A program made the translations under genes and the position numbers. Shown in pieces: positions 26,506 through 41,515 of a stretch of 64,000 nt of DNA. The notes beneath the pieces were generated by a model that was given only the letters and a program-made list of their open reading frames with translations, did not search any database and was not told the DNA's origin. This DNA comes from Octopus sinensis (taxonomy: Eukaryota), in NCBI RefSeq assembly GCF_006345805.1, contig NC_043006.1:83328001-83392000 (forward strand), given 5' to 3'. Position 1 is the first letter of the stretch, and the number at the start of each line of letters is the position of its first letter.

Positions 26506-28433
26506 GACCGTACATGTGCAATTGCCAATTACACAGCAAACTACTCCAACACTCATATCGAAAATTTATTAATTTTCAATTATACAGAAAGCTGTCCCTA
26601 TGCCCATACAGTAATCTACTTAATTATGTAGCTCAGTTCTCGTTGAACCCTGCTTGCGATTCCAGTTCCAATTCTGAGGCTTCAATTTTTTAACCCTGAT
26701 AATGCCAAGTAACGTGTGAATGTAACAGTTAAATTTCTATCTAATGCCACATTAAAAATGTTTTTAAAATGGAAGGAGACATTAAAATAAAGCGCTCGTA
26801 GACATAGTACCTTTAAATAAATGTGTGGTAATCACGGTTGGAACATCGTTATCATAAGTCTTTTCGATTAGAATCAATTTGGACCTAAACAACATCAGTG
26901 ACCTCCTCATATTCTGGTAATTATATATTGTATTTATTCAAAGAACAACGATACTTGATAATAGGTAGATGTGCTGAAATAAAGTAGTCATAGATATACT
27001 AATCATAGATATACTATGTTCAAATAAAGATGCGGTAGTCACAACTAGAACATTGTAGATCATAGGGCTATTCGATAAGAGCTAATAAAAGCTTAAGCAG
27101 CATCATAGTTCTCCGCTATTCTGGTAATTATATATATCTTTTCAAACCTTTGATAATAGCATGAACGTCACACAATCTCCTGTTCCTAATTTTTTATCTC
27201 CTTCACTTTAAATTCCTGTTTTTGACTCTAAGAGATCTTCATAGTCAACCATCGTTGACTAAGCTCTTACAGAAAAAAATAGAAGCGAGAAACTTAAGCT
27301 AAGCGACTCACTAGAGGGAGGAAAGGAATTATATTCTAAGTACATATTTTTTATATCTTATAGAGAAAAATAATTGCAAACGTACGTGTATTGTAGTAGA
27401 TACAAAAACACTGTTAGTTTCATTAGTAAGAACTAGTAGCAGAATCCGACATGACTGGCATGTATCGTATAACATTCACCTGTAAATAGTTGAGAGCAGC
27501 AGTCATTCTTACGAGATTTCTAATCTGTTTTACTCCCACTTTCCATTCTAGCTGAGAGGGGGAGGTGTTGAACCTCTGAAAGCCACTTTTACTAATTCTT
27601 TCTTTCTTTCTTCCATTCCACCTTTCTTTCTTTGTTTCTATACTTACATTTATATATTTCATTCTTTCGCTCTTTCATTTTATGGGTTCTTGTTTCATAT
27701 GCTATTTTACCGTGAGTAATCTCATAAGATAGAATTACAGAACAATTGAAAATAGCACCCCAAAAGCTAAATGTTTAACGATGAAAGGTTAGTTTGACCC
27801 TCCAAATAATTCAAATTTTCAAATAGTATTATATCCCATATACATTTGGTTTCATTGTGAAATTAGAACCCTTGGTTAAATCACAGGTATGTGGCCGTGT
27901 ACCAATGAGATGCCTGTGTTTGAAGTACCTGTATATAATTACTGTCGTTAATGATCTATTTTCGTCGTATGAATAATATAACCTTAATGAATATCAACAA
28001 ACTAGATTATACCTGTTATATAATGGGAAAATTTGGAAGTATACGTTTGCCACTGGGTAATACAAGAAAATATGGAATATGTACAATAAATATAATTTAA
28101 CTGTTACCAAATATCTTGGTGCTAATACAAAAGGATGGCATGAATAGTAATTTTCTAAAGAAAAATATTTATTACTTTAAAGTAAAATGAAATGAAACAA
28201 ACTTCTCACTTCTATATTTTCAAGAAATATATATTATTATTTTTCAAAACATATTGGACTTCGGATGTATGGAACAACATCAATAAAATATCTTCATTGA
28301 TAATGATTAATAATAATTCCATATGTATTGAACAATGTTGCTAAGATAATACCACCATTGATAATTTCTCATATTGGGTGAAACCGAGGGACATAATTTA
28401 ACAGTGAGAGCAAGTATATTTTGGGATATAAAA

Positions 28434-28522
<89 letters not shown>

Positions 28523-28559
28523 ATTCGTGTATTTGTTTTGTAGATGCAGGATTAAAATG

Positions 28560-29240
28560 ACTGACTTTTCCTGTTGTTTATTTTTATCAGCCTTAGGATT
28601 AAAAACATAAGCAACTGTAATGGGATTTGAAGCTCGAAGAATGAAAAGTGTCGTAATTAAATACTGCAAGATATTCGTTCAATCCTGCATTCTAACGATT
28701 CTGCCACCCCACTACCCTGATGGCATTTAACAATTGTTTCCAGCACAGACACGGGGCAACAAATTTAGAGGAAGACCTCAGTGCTTATCTGGTTCTTTAT
28801 TTTACTCTATTTTATCGACAGCGAAAAGATAAAAGACTGTCAGATATGACCTCGCTAGGGTTTGAACTCGGATCGTAGAACCAGAATAAATAATTCTTTC
28901 TAATTTTGATACAAGGTTAACAGTTCTGAAGGGAGGAGCCAGCCGATTAAATTGACGCCAGTACTTGACTGGTACTTTATTTTATCGACCCAGAAAGGAT
29001 GAAAGGCAACGTTGACTGCGGCGGGATTGGAGCTCCGAACATAAAGAACCAGAAGGAATGCCGCTAAGCATTTTGTTCGATGCTCTTACGACTCTGCCAT
29101 CTTTACCGTCTTATGAACTGAAGCAAATAACGTTTCCAAATTTTGACTCAAGCCCAGCAGGTTTAAGTCGATTACATCGGCCCCAGTGTTCAAATGGTAC
29201 CCCAAAGGAATGAAAGGCAATGTCAACTTCAAGTGAAATA
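28560..29240 (-). mobile_element. Tandem diverged SINE family B copies
   Basis: Repeated ttatcgac..aaggatgaaaggca..gatttgaactc motifs. Confidence 0.7.
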
Positions 29241-29664
29241 AAAGTTGTGTCAAACAAGAAGCGAAACCGTGTCGATTGATTGCCACGTGAGTCTTTAGTG
29301 TGATATAAATAAATGACTTGTAACTTTGACATTGTTGATCGAAAGTCATAAAAATAACTGGAGGTATTTTAATGGTATTTGGAGTTGGTAATGAAAATTC
29401 CTTTACCATTCTACGGAGATGTGTAAATAGAAAAGGCCCTTTCCTTTCTGTCTTTCTTCCTTTCCTACTCCTTCTCTGTATACTTCTCGCTCTCTCTCTC
29501 TATCACCCTCTCTATCCATCTATTTCTGTCCTCTATCTCTTCTCCCCCCTCTCTCTCTCTCTCTCTTTCACTCATTCAGTTTATCCTCTTTCGCTCTCTC
29601 TTCTTATAACTAACATCTTGATCATTCCTCTATTACACTACAAAGATGTGCAAATAGGAAAGAC

Positions 29665-29713
<49 letters not shown>

Positions 29714-30204
29714 CCACATACACACACACCCCTTACCCTTCTCTTTCGCTCTCTCCTCTTCCTTCTCCTATGTAAGTAACACATCTCGATGATCAACCCT
29801 GCGCGCACTTTTCTCTTATTTCTATCCTTCACCAACATACTTGGCTCATATCCAAAACTTATAAAGATGATGAAAAAAATCCTCAGAAGAGAAAATGTAA
29901 ATAAGGTGAAAGGAATTCGCAGAGGGTAGACGTTCAGTTAATTCAATAGCCAAGCTAAAATAAAAACAAACAAAACAGTCGGTTAAACGTAGGTTTTTTT
30001 CTTCAAAAAGAGAAGGGGAGCTGCCAACACATACATACGTGTGTGTGTATGTGTGTGTAAGAGCTGTATTATTTTAAAACATTAATGTTTAAGTGTCTGC
30101 TGTTCCTTCTAACACATAAGTCCACCGTGACAAAATGGAATATTACAGGGAGAGAAACATTTTGGGGTAAGGAGAATGAGAGTGAATAATAAAAAAAGTA
30201 ATAA

Positions 30205-30885
30205 TAATGATTTCAACTATTGGCACAATTCCAGCGATTCTGGGGAGGGATAAGTCGATTACATCGACCCCAGCACTTAACTGGTACCTATTTTATCAAA
30301 CCCTCCCCCATAAGATGAAAGGCAAAGACGACCTATGGAGAATATGAGCTCAAAACGCAAAGACGAACGTACGAACAATTCTGCCAGCTCGCCGCCTCAG
30401 TAAATAATAATAATAATAATAATAATCCTTTCTACTATAGGCACAAGGCCTGAAATTTGGGGGAGGGGATAGTCGATTACATCGTCCTCAATTTGCAGCT
30501 GGTACTTATTTTATCGATCCTGGAAGGATGAAAGGCAAAATCGACCGCGATGGAATTTGAACTCAAAACATAAAGATAAACGAAATGCCGCTAAGTATTC
30601 TACCCAGCGTGCTAACGATTCTCCCAGCTCACCGCCTTAAATATAATAATAATTGATAAACTTTTCTACTCTAGGCACAAGGCCCGAAATTTTGGGAGGA
30701 GGCCAGTCGATTAGATCGACCCCAGTACGCAACTGGTAGTTAATTTACCCCCCACCCCACCCCGAAAGGATGAAAGGCAAAGTCGACCTCGGTGGAATTT
30801 GAACTCAGAACGCAAAGACAGACGAAATACTGCTAAGCATTTTGCCCAGTGTGCTAACGATTTTCCCAGCTTGACGCCTTAAATA
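30205..30885 (-). mobile_element. Three head-to-tail SINE family B copies
   Basis: Units at ~30205-30400, 30420-30640 and 30660-30880, each separated by (AAT)n. Confidence 0.85.
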
Positions 30886-31007
30886 ATAATAATAATAATT
30901 TGCAAAGCTTTCTGAGAATTCGAACTCAAAATTGAAACTACTCGTTATTTTCTAGTTGGTTCGGCTGTCCCATTGTCAAGTGGTTCAACTAGATGCGCGC
31001 TCATGAA

Positions 31008-31385
31008 AGTTGGTTGGCTGATTGGCTAGTTGACTAACTGGCTGGCTGGCTGGCTGGCTGGCTGGTTGATCGGTTTGGTCATTGCAGAGTTGGATTTTTT
31101 TGGTTGGTTGGTTGGTTGGTTGGTTGGATGGATGGATGGATGGATGGATGTTTGGCTGGCTAGTTGCTTGGTTGGTAATTTTGGTGGGTGTTATGTCGGT
31201 CGGTCGGTCGGTCGGTTGTTCGATGTCTAGCTGGCTGGCTTGCTAGCCGGCTTGCTGGCAGACAAGTTGCTTACTTGCTTACCTGGCTGTTTGCTTGCTT
31301 AATTGCTTTGATGCATGGTTACTTGGTTGGTTGAGTGGACGAGTTTTTGGTCACCCGTTCGCTCGCTCGCTCGGCTAGCTTGTTA
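31008..31385 (+). repeat. Mosaic period-4 repeat (GGCT/GGTT/GGAT/GGTC/GCTT/GCTC)
   Basis: Direct reading. Confidence 0.85.
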
Positions 31386-32693
31386 TTTTGAGTTCTCAAC
31401 AAAAGAGTCAGGACAATTTTGAACAGACATATAAGATTCATCTATAAGATTTATCTTGACAACAGTAACAACAACAAAAAAATTCCGGAGCAAATTATTC
31501 TGTCTCAGTTTATCTTTGAAATTATCTTCCTTGTCTGCTAATCTAGCTCCATATCTTGGCACTGAAGTTCAGATACGTGGGTCGCTGAAGAAATTTTTCT
31601 TTTTTTTGTCTTTTATTTTATTTCAAATTGACTTGATTGCTAAATCGTCACGATTCGTTCTAAATTGTTTTATATGTTCTTTCTTTCATTTTCGTCATTT
31701 CTCGTTCTTACGTTTTTTTTTCTTCTGCTCTGTACGTTTTGAGTTCAAATTCCTTCAACATCAGTTTTGCCTTTCATCTTAACGGGGTTGATAAAACAAA
31801 ACGCCAGTCGAGTACCCGGAGGTCGATGAAATCACCTAACCCATTCCTCTAAACATTGCCAATCTTGAGCCAAAATTTGAAACGATTCTTGAGCTAAACA
31901 CTTCGTCTTAGGTTGCTTTGCGATCATTTCGACATCTGATGTGCTATACATCGTGCACCTGTTCAGGTAACATCGATCCGACGGCTGGAGAGAGCTAATG
32001 TACAACACCAACATTTGATCATTATAAACAAATCATTTATGAAATAACTTCTTAAAAGGTTTGATCAACAAGAAATTGCAGAACTATCTTTCTCGGATTA
32101 CGAGTGACCACCATCATACACTGTGATATGTGGGGTGATTGTTCATAACCAAAGAAACTGTGATTGATCAGAATTATGATTGAAGTCATTCTAGGTATGA
32201 CCATCTCGTTTGGTAGTTTTAAACATAGTGTGTTAACAAAAATGTGTTGTCTGCTTTAAATCATTAGTGCTTAATCTGAGTGAGGTTTAGCGGGCATATC
32301 CAGAAAGTAGGTCGGCAATGTATAGGCGCCTTCATAGATATCAGTAATATGTTGAGGTTTGACTTAATCAGTTAATTGAAGTCATCCACTCCCATACAAA
32401 ACTTGTCACTTTAATACACACACACACATAAATGTATGTGTATATGCATATATATATATATATATATATATATGACCATCTCATGAGGTTGGTGATTTTG
32501 TGTGTTATTCGGGTTATATTTTTTAGTTCTTATTTCTAGCAATTGCACCCTTATTTATGAGTTATGTGTGTGTGTGTGTAATTTACTGTTCCGTTATAGG
32601 TAGGATCAAGAAAAGAAAGTTTTATATCAGTGAGAAATGAATATCATTTAACGTACACTGTATCAAAATATACTTTCACACCGTATATATATA

Positions 32694-32747
<54 letters not shown>

Positions 32748-32764
32748 TATATATATATTATCTC

Positions 32765-32825
<61 letters not shown>

Positions 32826-33368
32826 TGTATGTGTGTGTATGTATGTATGTATGTATGTATGTATGTATGTATGTATGTATGTATGTGTGTGTATGTATGT
32901 ATGTATGTACGTATGTATGTATGTATATCCGGCTATAAAGGATATAGCTGAAATTTGAGAGACTACAGCGAATCGTGTCACTTAGTTATTAAAGAAAAGA
33001 CAAAAAGAGAAGTAAAATGTTAAAAAAATATAGCAGAAAAAGAAAGGCAGAAAGTATTTTGCCTATGAAAGAAATAACCTGTTTGATGTAATGAAATGGG
33101 ATGGAATTTCGCATTGACACAGTTTTCAGAAGTTATTTCACGGTGGCGTAAGTCCTACCTTAAAGGTAAACTGGAACATGATATCCCTATATACTCTAAC
33201 GCAAACAAGATGCAGATTGCAGTTTCAGTGGAACTGAAACTTTGGTATGTAAATATATATATATATATTATATATATATATATACAAGCACAAATACATA
33301 TATATGTATGTGTGAATAGTGGCGTGTGCCTGTGTGCGCGCGTTTGTGCGTTATACATGTATATAATA

Positions 33369-33412
<44 letters not shown>

Positions 33413-33668
33413 ATATTATATATATTATTATAGATATATATATTATCTTATATATTTACATAGAAAGATGGATATGGATATACACATACATGATATAGGT
33501 CATAGATATATATACAACACATACAGGGATACATATATATTATGATGCATGCATTGTTTAATGTTAGCTACAATGTCAATACTGTTGGAAGATTGGAAGA
33601 TATGAACGTTGCATGTCTATATACTTTTAGATAGGTTGATAGATACATACATACACACACATACAATC

Positions 33669-33702
<34 letters not shown>

Positions 33703-33713
33703 ATATATATATT

Positions 33714-34113
33714 TATTTCTTAATTGCTCACAGGGGGCTAAACATAGAGGGGACACACAAGGACAAAGGGATTAAGTCGATAACATCGACCCCAGTGAGT
33801 AACTGGTACTTACTTAGTCGACCCTGAAAGAATGAAAAGCAAAGTCGATCTCGGCGAAATTTGAGCTCAGAACTTATAGGCAGCCGAAATAACTATTTCT
33901 TTACTACCCAAAAGGGGCTAAACACAGAGAGGACAAACAAGGACAGACAAACGGATTAAGTCGATTATATCAACCCCAGTGCGCAACTGGTACTTATTTA
34001 ATCGACCCGGAAAGGATGAAAGGCAAAGTCGACCTCGGCGAAATTTGAGCTTAGAACTTAACGGCAACCGAAATACCGCTAAGCATTTCGCCCGGCGTGC
34101 TAACGATTCTGCC
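33714..34113 (-). mobile_element. Two tandem SINE family B copies (young subfamily tail)
   Basis: ggggctaaacayagag..gacaaacaaggacag..gattaagtcgat occurs twice. Confidence 0.85.
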
Positions 34114-34722
34114 ATATATATATACATATATATATACACACACACATGCACACACATGTTTACATGCGTACTTATGTACGTATAATGTTATCTCTTGTAA
34201 TGCAGTTGGGAGATAAGAAGATTCTCGCCTAAATATAGCGTCTTCCACATAACTATGTCAGGAAGAAAGTGAAGAGACTGTTAGACATCATAGATTATGC
34301 ATAGCAGAATGTTCGAACTTTTAATACCGGACAATGTTTGCGATAAGAATTATGGAATTGCCTTTGGGTGAATCTAATACAGGCAGATTACTGGCCATAA
34401 TGGTCTCTGATTCCATTACTGTTACATTGTAATTAAATAATCCTTTGCTTAAGACATTGTCATCTTGTCATCTCTTTGATTCTATGGCACAACACACCTA
34501 ACTGCTAATAAATGGAAAAAGCAGACTTTGAAGAAAATAGTAGTTGAGGTGGTGATGGTGGTGGTGGTGGTGGTGGTAGGCTGCGTCGGTAAGAATTGTA
34601 CATTGTAGTTTAAGAGTTTCTTTCAATTCATATAATGCCATGGGAAGAAGAGGAATGTGAAGTGTTGAGATTGTGTCTTTCTAAGAGTGAGAGAGCATCA
34701 TGATTTTTTTACAGATATCATG

Positions 34723-34775
<53 letters not shown>

Positions 34776-36147
34776 TATATATATATTCGAGTTTGCTCGA
34801 ATTTATCTTACTTGATCAAGCCGTCTGCATAACATTCGGTAGGTCAGTAGGACATCTCATGTTCATACAGAACTGGTTGAAGTAGGCATTTTGAGAGGCA
34901 GCCGACCTGTGTATATCCGTGTTAAGTGTCCATAAGTGTGCATCGGTAATGTTATTTTCTTTTAGCACTCTGGCAATATCCTGTCAAATTCATGCGTCTC
35001 TTTCTAATGACATCAACGGTTTCTAATTTAGAAAACTTGAGAGATTAGTTGATACCATCAATCCCAGTATTTTACTGGTACTTTATTTTATCGAATATAT
35101 ATAAGCAACCGAGAGTTAATATTTATGCTAGTTAAACATAGAGGTTCTGTTAGAACAAACTAAATACCATGAGAGTAAATACTATGAGAGACACTTTCAT
35201 ATTGGTTCTTAGTGCAAAATTACACTTGTTTATATCATTAGAGAAAGATAAATCCTCGCAACTTCGATCTCGAAAAGATGAAAGAAAATCTTGACCTCGG
35301 CGGATTTGAACTCAGAATGTAAAGCACCGGAAGAAAAACTTGAGAAACCTTTGATTTTTTTTTTTTTATTTTTTGACGCTCTAAAGATTGTGCCAGCTGT
35401 CTAATAGCATCAATAATCGCATGGAATTGCCCTACAATCTTTGCTTGATCAGTCGGATAATTTTCGAGAAGATATTCAGAAGGACCTGTAACATAAAGAA
35501 GTACCAAGATTATATAAGTTCGGAAAGGGAAATCCATGAGTAGTTAATTTATACAAGGAGGTTCTTACGAGTGTCCAACAGCCTTACGGCTGTCAGACGT
35601 TCGACACGGATGATTTGTTTTTGGAGGTTAAGGCTTGTGTAGTACCAGCCACACTTTTCAGAAATGGTGCAAATGTTTGCTATAAACTAAATGAACAATA
35701 TACTTCAAACATTTTTTGTTAAAGTTCTCTATCGCCTGGGTTAGTTAGCTTCGCCACGACTTAGAGGCTAATCCATGGTAGGATTTGAACTCAAAACGAA
35801 AATACTGGAACGACTGTCACAAGTAATCCGGACAAATTTTCTTAAGAGCTGCCATTTCCCCGCCCTAGATTGGTGCCTTTCTTTATTGAACCAGGCAACC
35901 TCCGACCAGAAAGCAACCGGGAGTTGGGGCAGGTACTGCGAAGCAAAGGGATCGGAGCCGGGACAACGTAGTTGCGAGGCAAACTTCTTAACCATTTGGC
36001 CACACTGTGCCTACACACACTCTCATAGATACGCACGCACGCACACACATACACATATGCACACACACACACACACACACACACAAATCTTCTCTGATAA
36101 CAATAACTGGCTGATATTATTAAGAGAACATTGTGCTTTGAACCCAC

Positions 36148-36298
<151 letters not shown>

Positions 36299-36387
36299 CA
36301 GTTGATGACCATATCTTTTATTATATTAAGCTGCTTCCGCTGCCTATACAGGCATAGATTAATAGATATATTAATATAAATATAATT

Positions 36388-36447
<60 letters not shown>

Positions 36448-37042
36448 ATGCCTTAATGTAGGGGATAGGGAGCAAGTGTTATTTAAGACTGTTGGCACCT
36501 TCATATTTGTACTGTATTCCTCAAACTAACATTATAAAATAAAATAAAACAAATCATTGCTTTTACCCCCATGAGGTCTGACTATAGTTAAAGAAAGACT
36601 TGCAGGAGAATTAACAGACGGTATTGTCAGATATCTGGCGCGCTACCACCCAACATAAGGTTCTTTTACCTGTGAAAAAAAGATGATCTAAGGATAAAAT
36701 GGCGACAAATATGGAGCGAAACTGTTATAAAAGATAAAATGTAATTTTAAAATGCTGTAGTTATAAATAACTTAGGGTCTTCCATTTTTAGTGCTTAAGT
36801 GAGTGTAACACTTGCACTCCACCCTGCTTTGGTCATGCTGCGTCATATCAGCTTTTTAACGTACAGCATAAATGTAAGCATTCTATTAATCGTAATCTGC
36901 ACACGCGAGCACAAGTAAAAATATATAACAGTAGTTGAAAATAGGGGATATATGGCTAGATAGATAGATAGATAGATAGATAGATACATAGATAAACATA
37001 TATTTGCGTTGTGCATGCATATGTGTATAAATTTATGTATAT

Positions 37043-37114
<72 letters not shown>

Positions 37115-37200
37115 TTTATATATATATGTGTGTGTGTACATATATATACATACGATATATATATATATATATTATGTGTGTATGTATGTATATATATATA

Positions 37201-37365
37201 GGCGTGGCGTGGTTGTGTGGTAAGAAGCTTGCTACCCAACCACTTGGTTCCGGGTTCGGCCCCATTGCGTCGAACTTTGGGCAAGTGTCTTCTACTATGC
37301 CCTCGGCCCGACCTAAGCCTTATGAGCGGATTTGGTAGACGGAAACTGAAAGAAGCCCGTCGTTT
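37201..37365 (+). mobile_element. SINE family A, 5' half
   Basis: ggcgtggttgtgtggtaagaagcttgc...ggaaactgaaagaagcccgtcg, followed by microsatellite. Confidence 0.85.
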
Positions 37366-37429
37366 ATGTGTGTGTGTGTGTGTGTGTGTGTGCTCGCGTG
37401 CGTGTATGTATTGTATATGAAATACATAT

Positions 37430-37535
<106 letters not shown>

Positions 37536-38125
37536 TAGATAGATAGATATATACTAGTGTATATACGGGCAATTCTTACAATAGAATGTCTTATATCAAT
37601 TTTTGTTTATTTTATGTCAGACCATGCCTTACCCGACAGGTACGCCTTTTGATTAGGACAGATTTGGGCAAACTTCGTAATGCTTTCGTTTGTTTTATAA
37701 GGATTCCTCCTCGTAATTATTTTGCTTTCATTTTGTAATAGACAGCTATCATGCAGAAAATGCCAGCTTCCAAATCCTATTTTCAGATTAGGTAAAATTG
37801 ATTAAACTTTAAATCTCAGGAACATTTTTCTGCAATTTTCTGGAACGAATAAATAACAAAATAGGATTTAACGTGGAAAATTATTTCAATATACCAAATT
37901 TGAAAATTTTGACGTAATTTTAAAATTTCAGAATATGTGACAGCAACAGGGAAGTAGAGAAACAGACAGTTATAGGATGTGACAACCCCCCTTCCAACAC
38001 ACACACACACAAACACACATACACACACATATACACACATACACACTCACACTGAAACACACGCACATTTACAACACTCACACACGTGTAATCACGAGTT
38101 TAAAATGGTGTACAGTAGACATATG

Positions 38126-38166
<41 letters not shown>

Positions 38167-38589
38167 TATAATATATAATATATATATATATATATGTATG
38201 TGGTATCTTTGTGCGAGTGTTTCTTTGCGATTAATAGCAGAAAATCTACCTACACCCTCTCTCCTTAAAGCTACGTATTCCTCACACCCACCTTTCTTTC
38301 GCTTCCTCAGCGTTTTAAAAGTTAGTTATGTGTATGTATGTGTAGTGTGTGTGTATATATGTGTGTGCAGTGTGTATGTGTTTGTGTTTGCGTGTGTGTG
38401 TGTGTATGTGTGTGCATGCATCTATGTATTTATGACAGTATGTATGCAACGTCGCACGTATATCCGTGAATGACAGCTGTATTAACTTTACCATCCCACT
38501 GCCACTCCATATTTGTCGCTTACACAACGCTGTTTCCCCTTCTCTGATATCAGCTACAAAATTTCCCTCATACTAATACTTTTGCGTCC

Positions 38590-38785
38590 TTCTCATTTTA
38601 TCAAATAATAGCCTATCATAGGAGGCCCATTATATATTGATATAATTATTTATTGATATCCAATTAGCCTTTAATCGAACTGGATGTTAGTTTAACATGT
38701 ATGCAAAGTTTCTTCAAGATTGGTTCACTGGTGTAGGCAGCAAGACGGTAACAGACAGATCGACAGACAAATATTCCCCTTTATG

Positions 38786-38800
<15 letters not shown>
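38590..38800 (+). mobile_element. Non-autonomous Helitron/Helentron-like 3' fragment
   Basis: atagcctat...atgtatgcaaagtttcttcaagattggttcactggtgtagg...gtaacagacaga..acagaca..ctttatgtataatatat; resembles the Lep1/DINE-1-type architecture (recognised from memory). Confidence 0.5.
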
Positions 38801-38822
<22 letters not shown>

Positions 38823-39715
38823 CATACATACATACATACATACATACATACATACATACATACATACATACATACATACATACATACATACACCCACGCT
38901 CATAACTTGGTAGGTCTGACGTTAGGCAGAGGAGAATGTAGGTCGAGAAAAACGCTGATGAAAATATGTAGGTATAATATGTATATGTTAATACATCAAT
39001 ATTATTAGTAGATTGACAGTGATAATATATTAATAGATAGGCGTTCATAGATCTGTGCGAACGAAAAAATGAAAATAATTATACAAGTTAATTCCGCATC
39101 AGAAAAGATATTTAGCGATACTATTAAGAATTTATGAAACCAGGACAAAACAAGAGTGATTCTACTCGCTTCCTAATTGTAACTTGTACTTTGTTTGGGT
39201 CCCATCATGTTTCATATAATCTAATAAATATTTACCCAATTTCTTTTTCCGTATTCAGTTTACGCACTATATAACCGATCAGGATTTCTCAATCGCTAAA
39301 ATAATTTTACAACAAATTAGCGATGGTAATCAAATAATACACTACACATCAAATTAATTGTGCATCGAAAAATATTGCTCTCTTGTAATTGTTTGTTGAT
39401 TAGGATATAACCTTCAACCATTCTAGGTCCTATAAGCGTAAAGGGCAGAATCATGAGCTATTCTCAGAAATATCACCAGACCATAGATATTTCTTTTCGG
39501 TAATTTTAGATTTAGTTATACACATCCGCTAACAGCTGACCTCCAGAACATCTCAACATTTTTCACTCCACCCCAATCAGCCAATGTCATATAGGTTGTG
39601 CCTCCCATTAAGTATGTTTTATTGTAAAGTTCATTCAATATTATTTTACCGGTACATATACATCCCATGACTTGGTTTCTTTTTTCTTTTTTTTACTTTT
39701 ATAACAAAACAAACT

Positions 39716-40020
39716 GAGGGCGCGTGGCCTAGTGGTTAGAATGTTCCAATCGTGATCGCGAGACCCTGGTTTCGATTCCCGGACAGAGCAGTGCGTTGTG
39801 TTCTTGAGCAAAACACTTCATTTCACATTTCACTACGATCGCTTCGATATTTGACGTGCAGCTCACTGTGCATCTGTAAAGGCAATGTCAACTTCAAGGA
39901 AGAAACGAGATAATGTAGAACACAATATATTTTATCACTATAGATAAATCATCTGTGCAGTTTGTTCTGCAAGAAATTGCGGAATCCTCATTTGCCATCT
40001 GCGACAGGAGTGTCCATACA
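39716..40020 (+). mobile_element. SINE family C head with a different body (body also at ~31900-32100)
   Basis: ggcgcgtggcctagtggttag...gtttcgattccc...gcgttgtgttcttgagcaaaacactt; body ...caagaaattgc is shared with ~32070. Confidence 0.75.
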
Positions 40021-40157
40021 GACAAGACAGAACAACCTCATTTATAGTTTCAGCTCAACAAATTTTGCCTCATAAAAAAGAAGGTAATCTTTTTTCGATT
40101 ATTTCAGGAAACAGCTGATTATGTTTTGTCTTCCTTCAAAAATAACCGGCGACCGGC

Positions 40158-40257
40158 NNNNNNNNNNNNNNNNNNNNNNNNNNNNNNNNNNNNNNNNNNN
40201 NNNNNNNNNNNNNNNNNNNNNNNNNNNNNNNNNNNNNNNNNNNNNNNNNNNNNNNNN
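40158..40257. other. Assembly gap (100 N)
   Basis: Run of N. Confidence 1.
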
Positions 40258-40366
40258 TATATATATATATATATATAAATATAAATGATATATAAATATA
40301 TGCAATATATACATCACATATATATACATACATATATATGTATATATACATGCATATATGGGTACA

Positions 40367-40423
40367 GGACTGAACCCGGAACCATGTGGTTGGTAAGCAA
40401 GCTACTTACCACACAGCCACTCC
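40367..40423 (-). mobile_element. SINE family A head fragment
   Basis: ggactgaacccggaaccatgtggttggtaagcaagctacttaccacacagccactcct. Confidence 0.8.
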
Positions 40424-41239
40424 TTTGCTTATGAAAATTTAAATATTTGTAGTGAAATTTTGTAAAGTGTACAGTTCTTATTCCCCTTTGTTTATCTCAT
40501 AAATGACAAGGAAATGGACGAGAAAAATGTCTCCTTTCACCATAACTTCTCCGTAACAAACTTGTCCAGGCTTGTGAAGTATAAAGTATTGTATTTGTCT
40601 ATCTAAACAGAAATAGAAAAGGCAGTATCAACGGAAGAAAATTGGGTTTTTTTCTTTTTTTCAAAAAAACAAAACTATTATTACTTCCTTACAATAGATT
40701 GAGTTCCGTAGTTTTTAAGTGTGATTTAAATCGTATGAAACCTCACAAAGTGTAAATATGATTGGCAATAAGTACATACCAATATGGCGGACAATGAAAA
40801 GAAAACAGTAGTGATTCATTTGTTAGTTTTCTTTGTTTAAATGTCGTGAAACTGAAGTTATTGTTTCTATTTAAAAAAAAAAAATAATGAAAAGGGACGA
40901 TAAAAAGATTTCTTTAAAAAATCACTAAACCCAATTTCAGCTGAGCTAATAATAACCTATAAATTACGTAAAACAACCTATCTTCCAGAAAATTGCATTC
41001 ATTATTTTGTTTCCACCGTTGTCCAATTTTCAATGCCATTTCGTTATTTTGTTAAATTTCCAATATGTCCGTTGTCTATAAAAAAATTATGAAAATTTAT
41101 ATTAATAGTTTTTTTTTGTTTTTTTCTTTTTTGTTTCTCTTTTGTGCTTTATAAAACTTTAATATTCAAATTGCTTTGAATATCTTATCAGATTTCTCTC
41201 CCTTCTCGTATATATATATATATATTATATGTATGTTAT

Positions 41240-41314
<75 letters not shown>

Positions 41315-41365
41315 TATATATATATATGCATATATATATATTATATATATATAATATAATATGTA

Positions 41366-41403
<38 letters not shown>

Positions 41404-41474
41404 TATATATTGTATATATATATATTATATATATATATATATGCATATATATATTATATGCATATATATATTAG

Positions 41475-41515
<41 letters not shown>

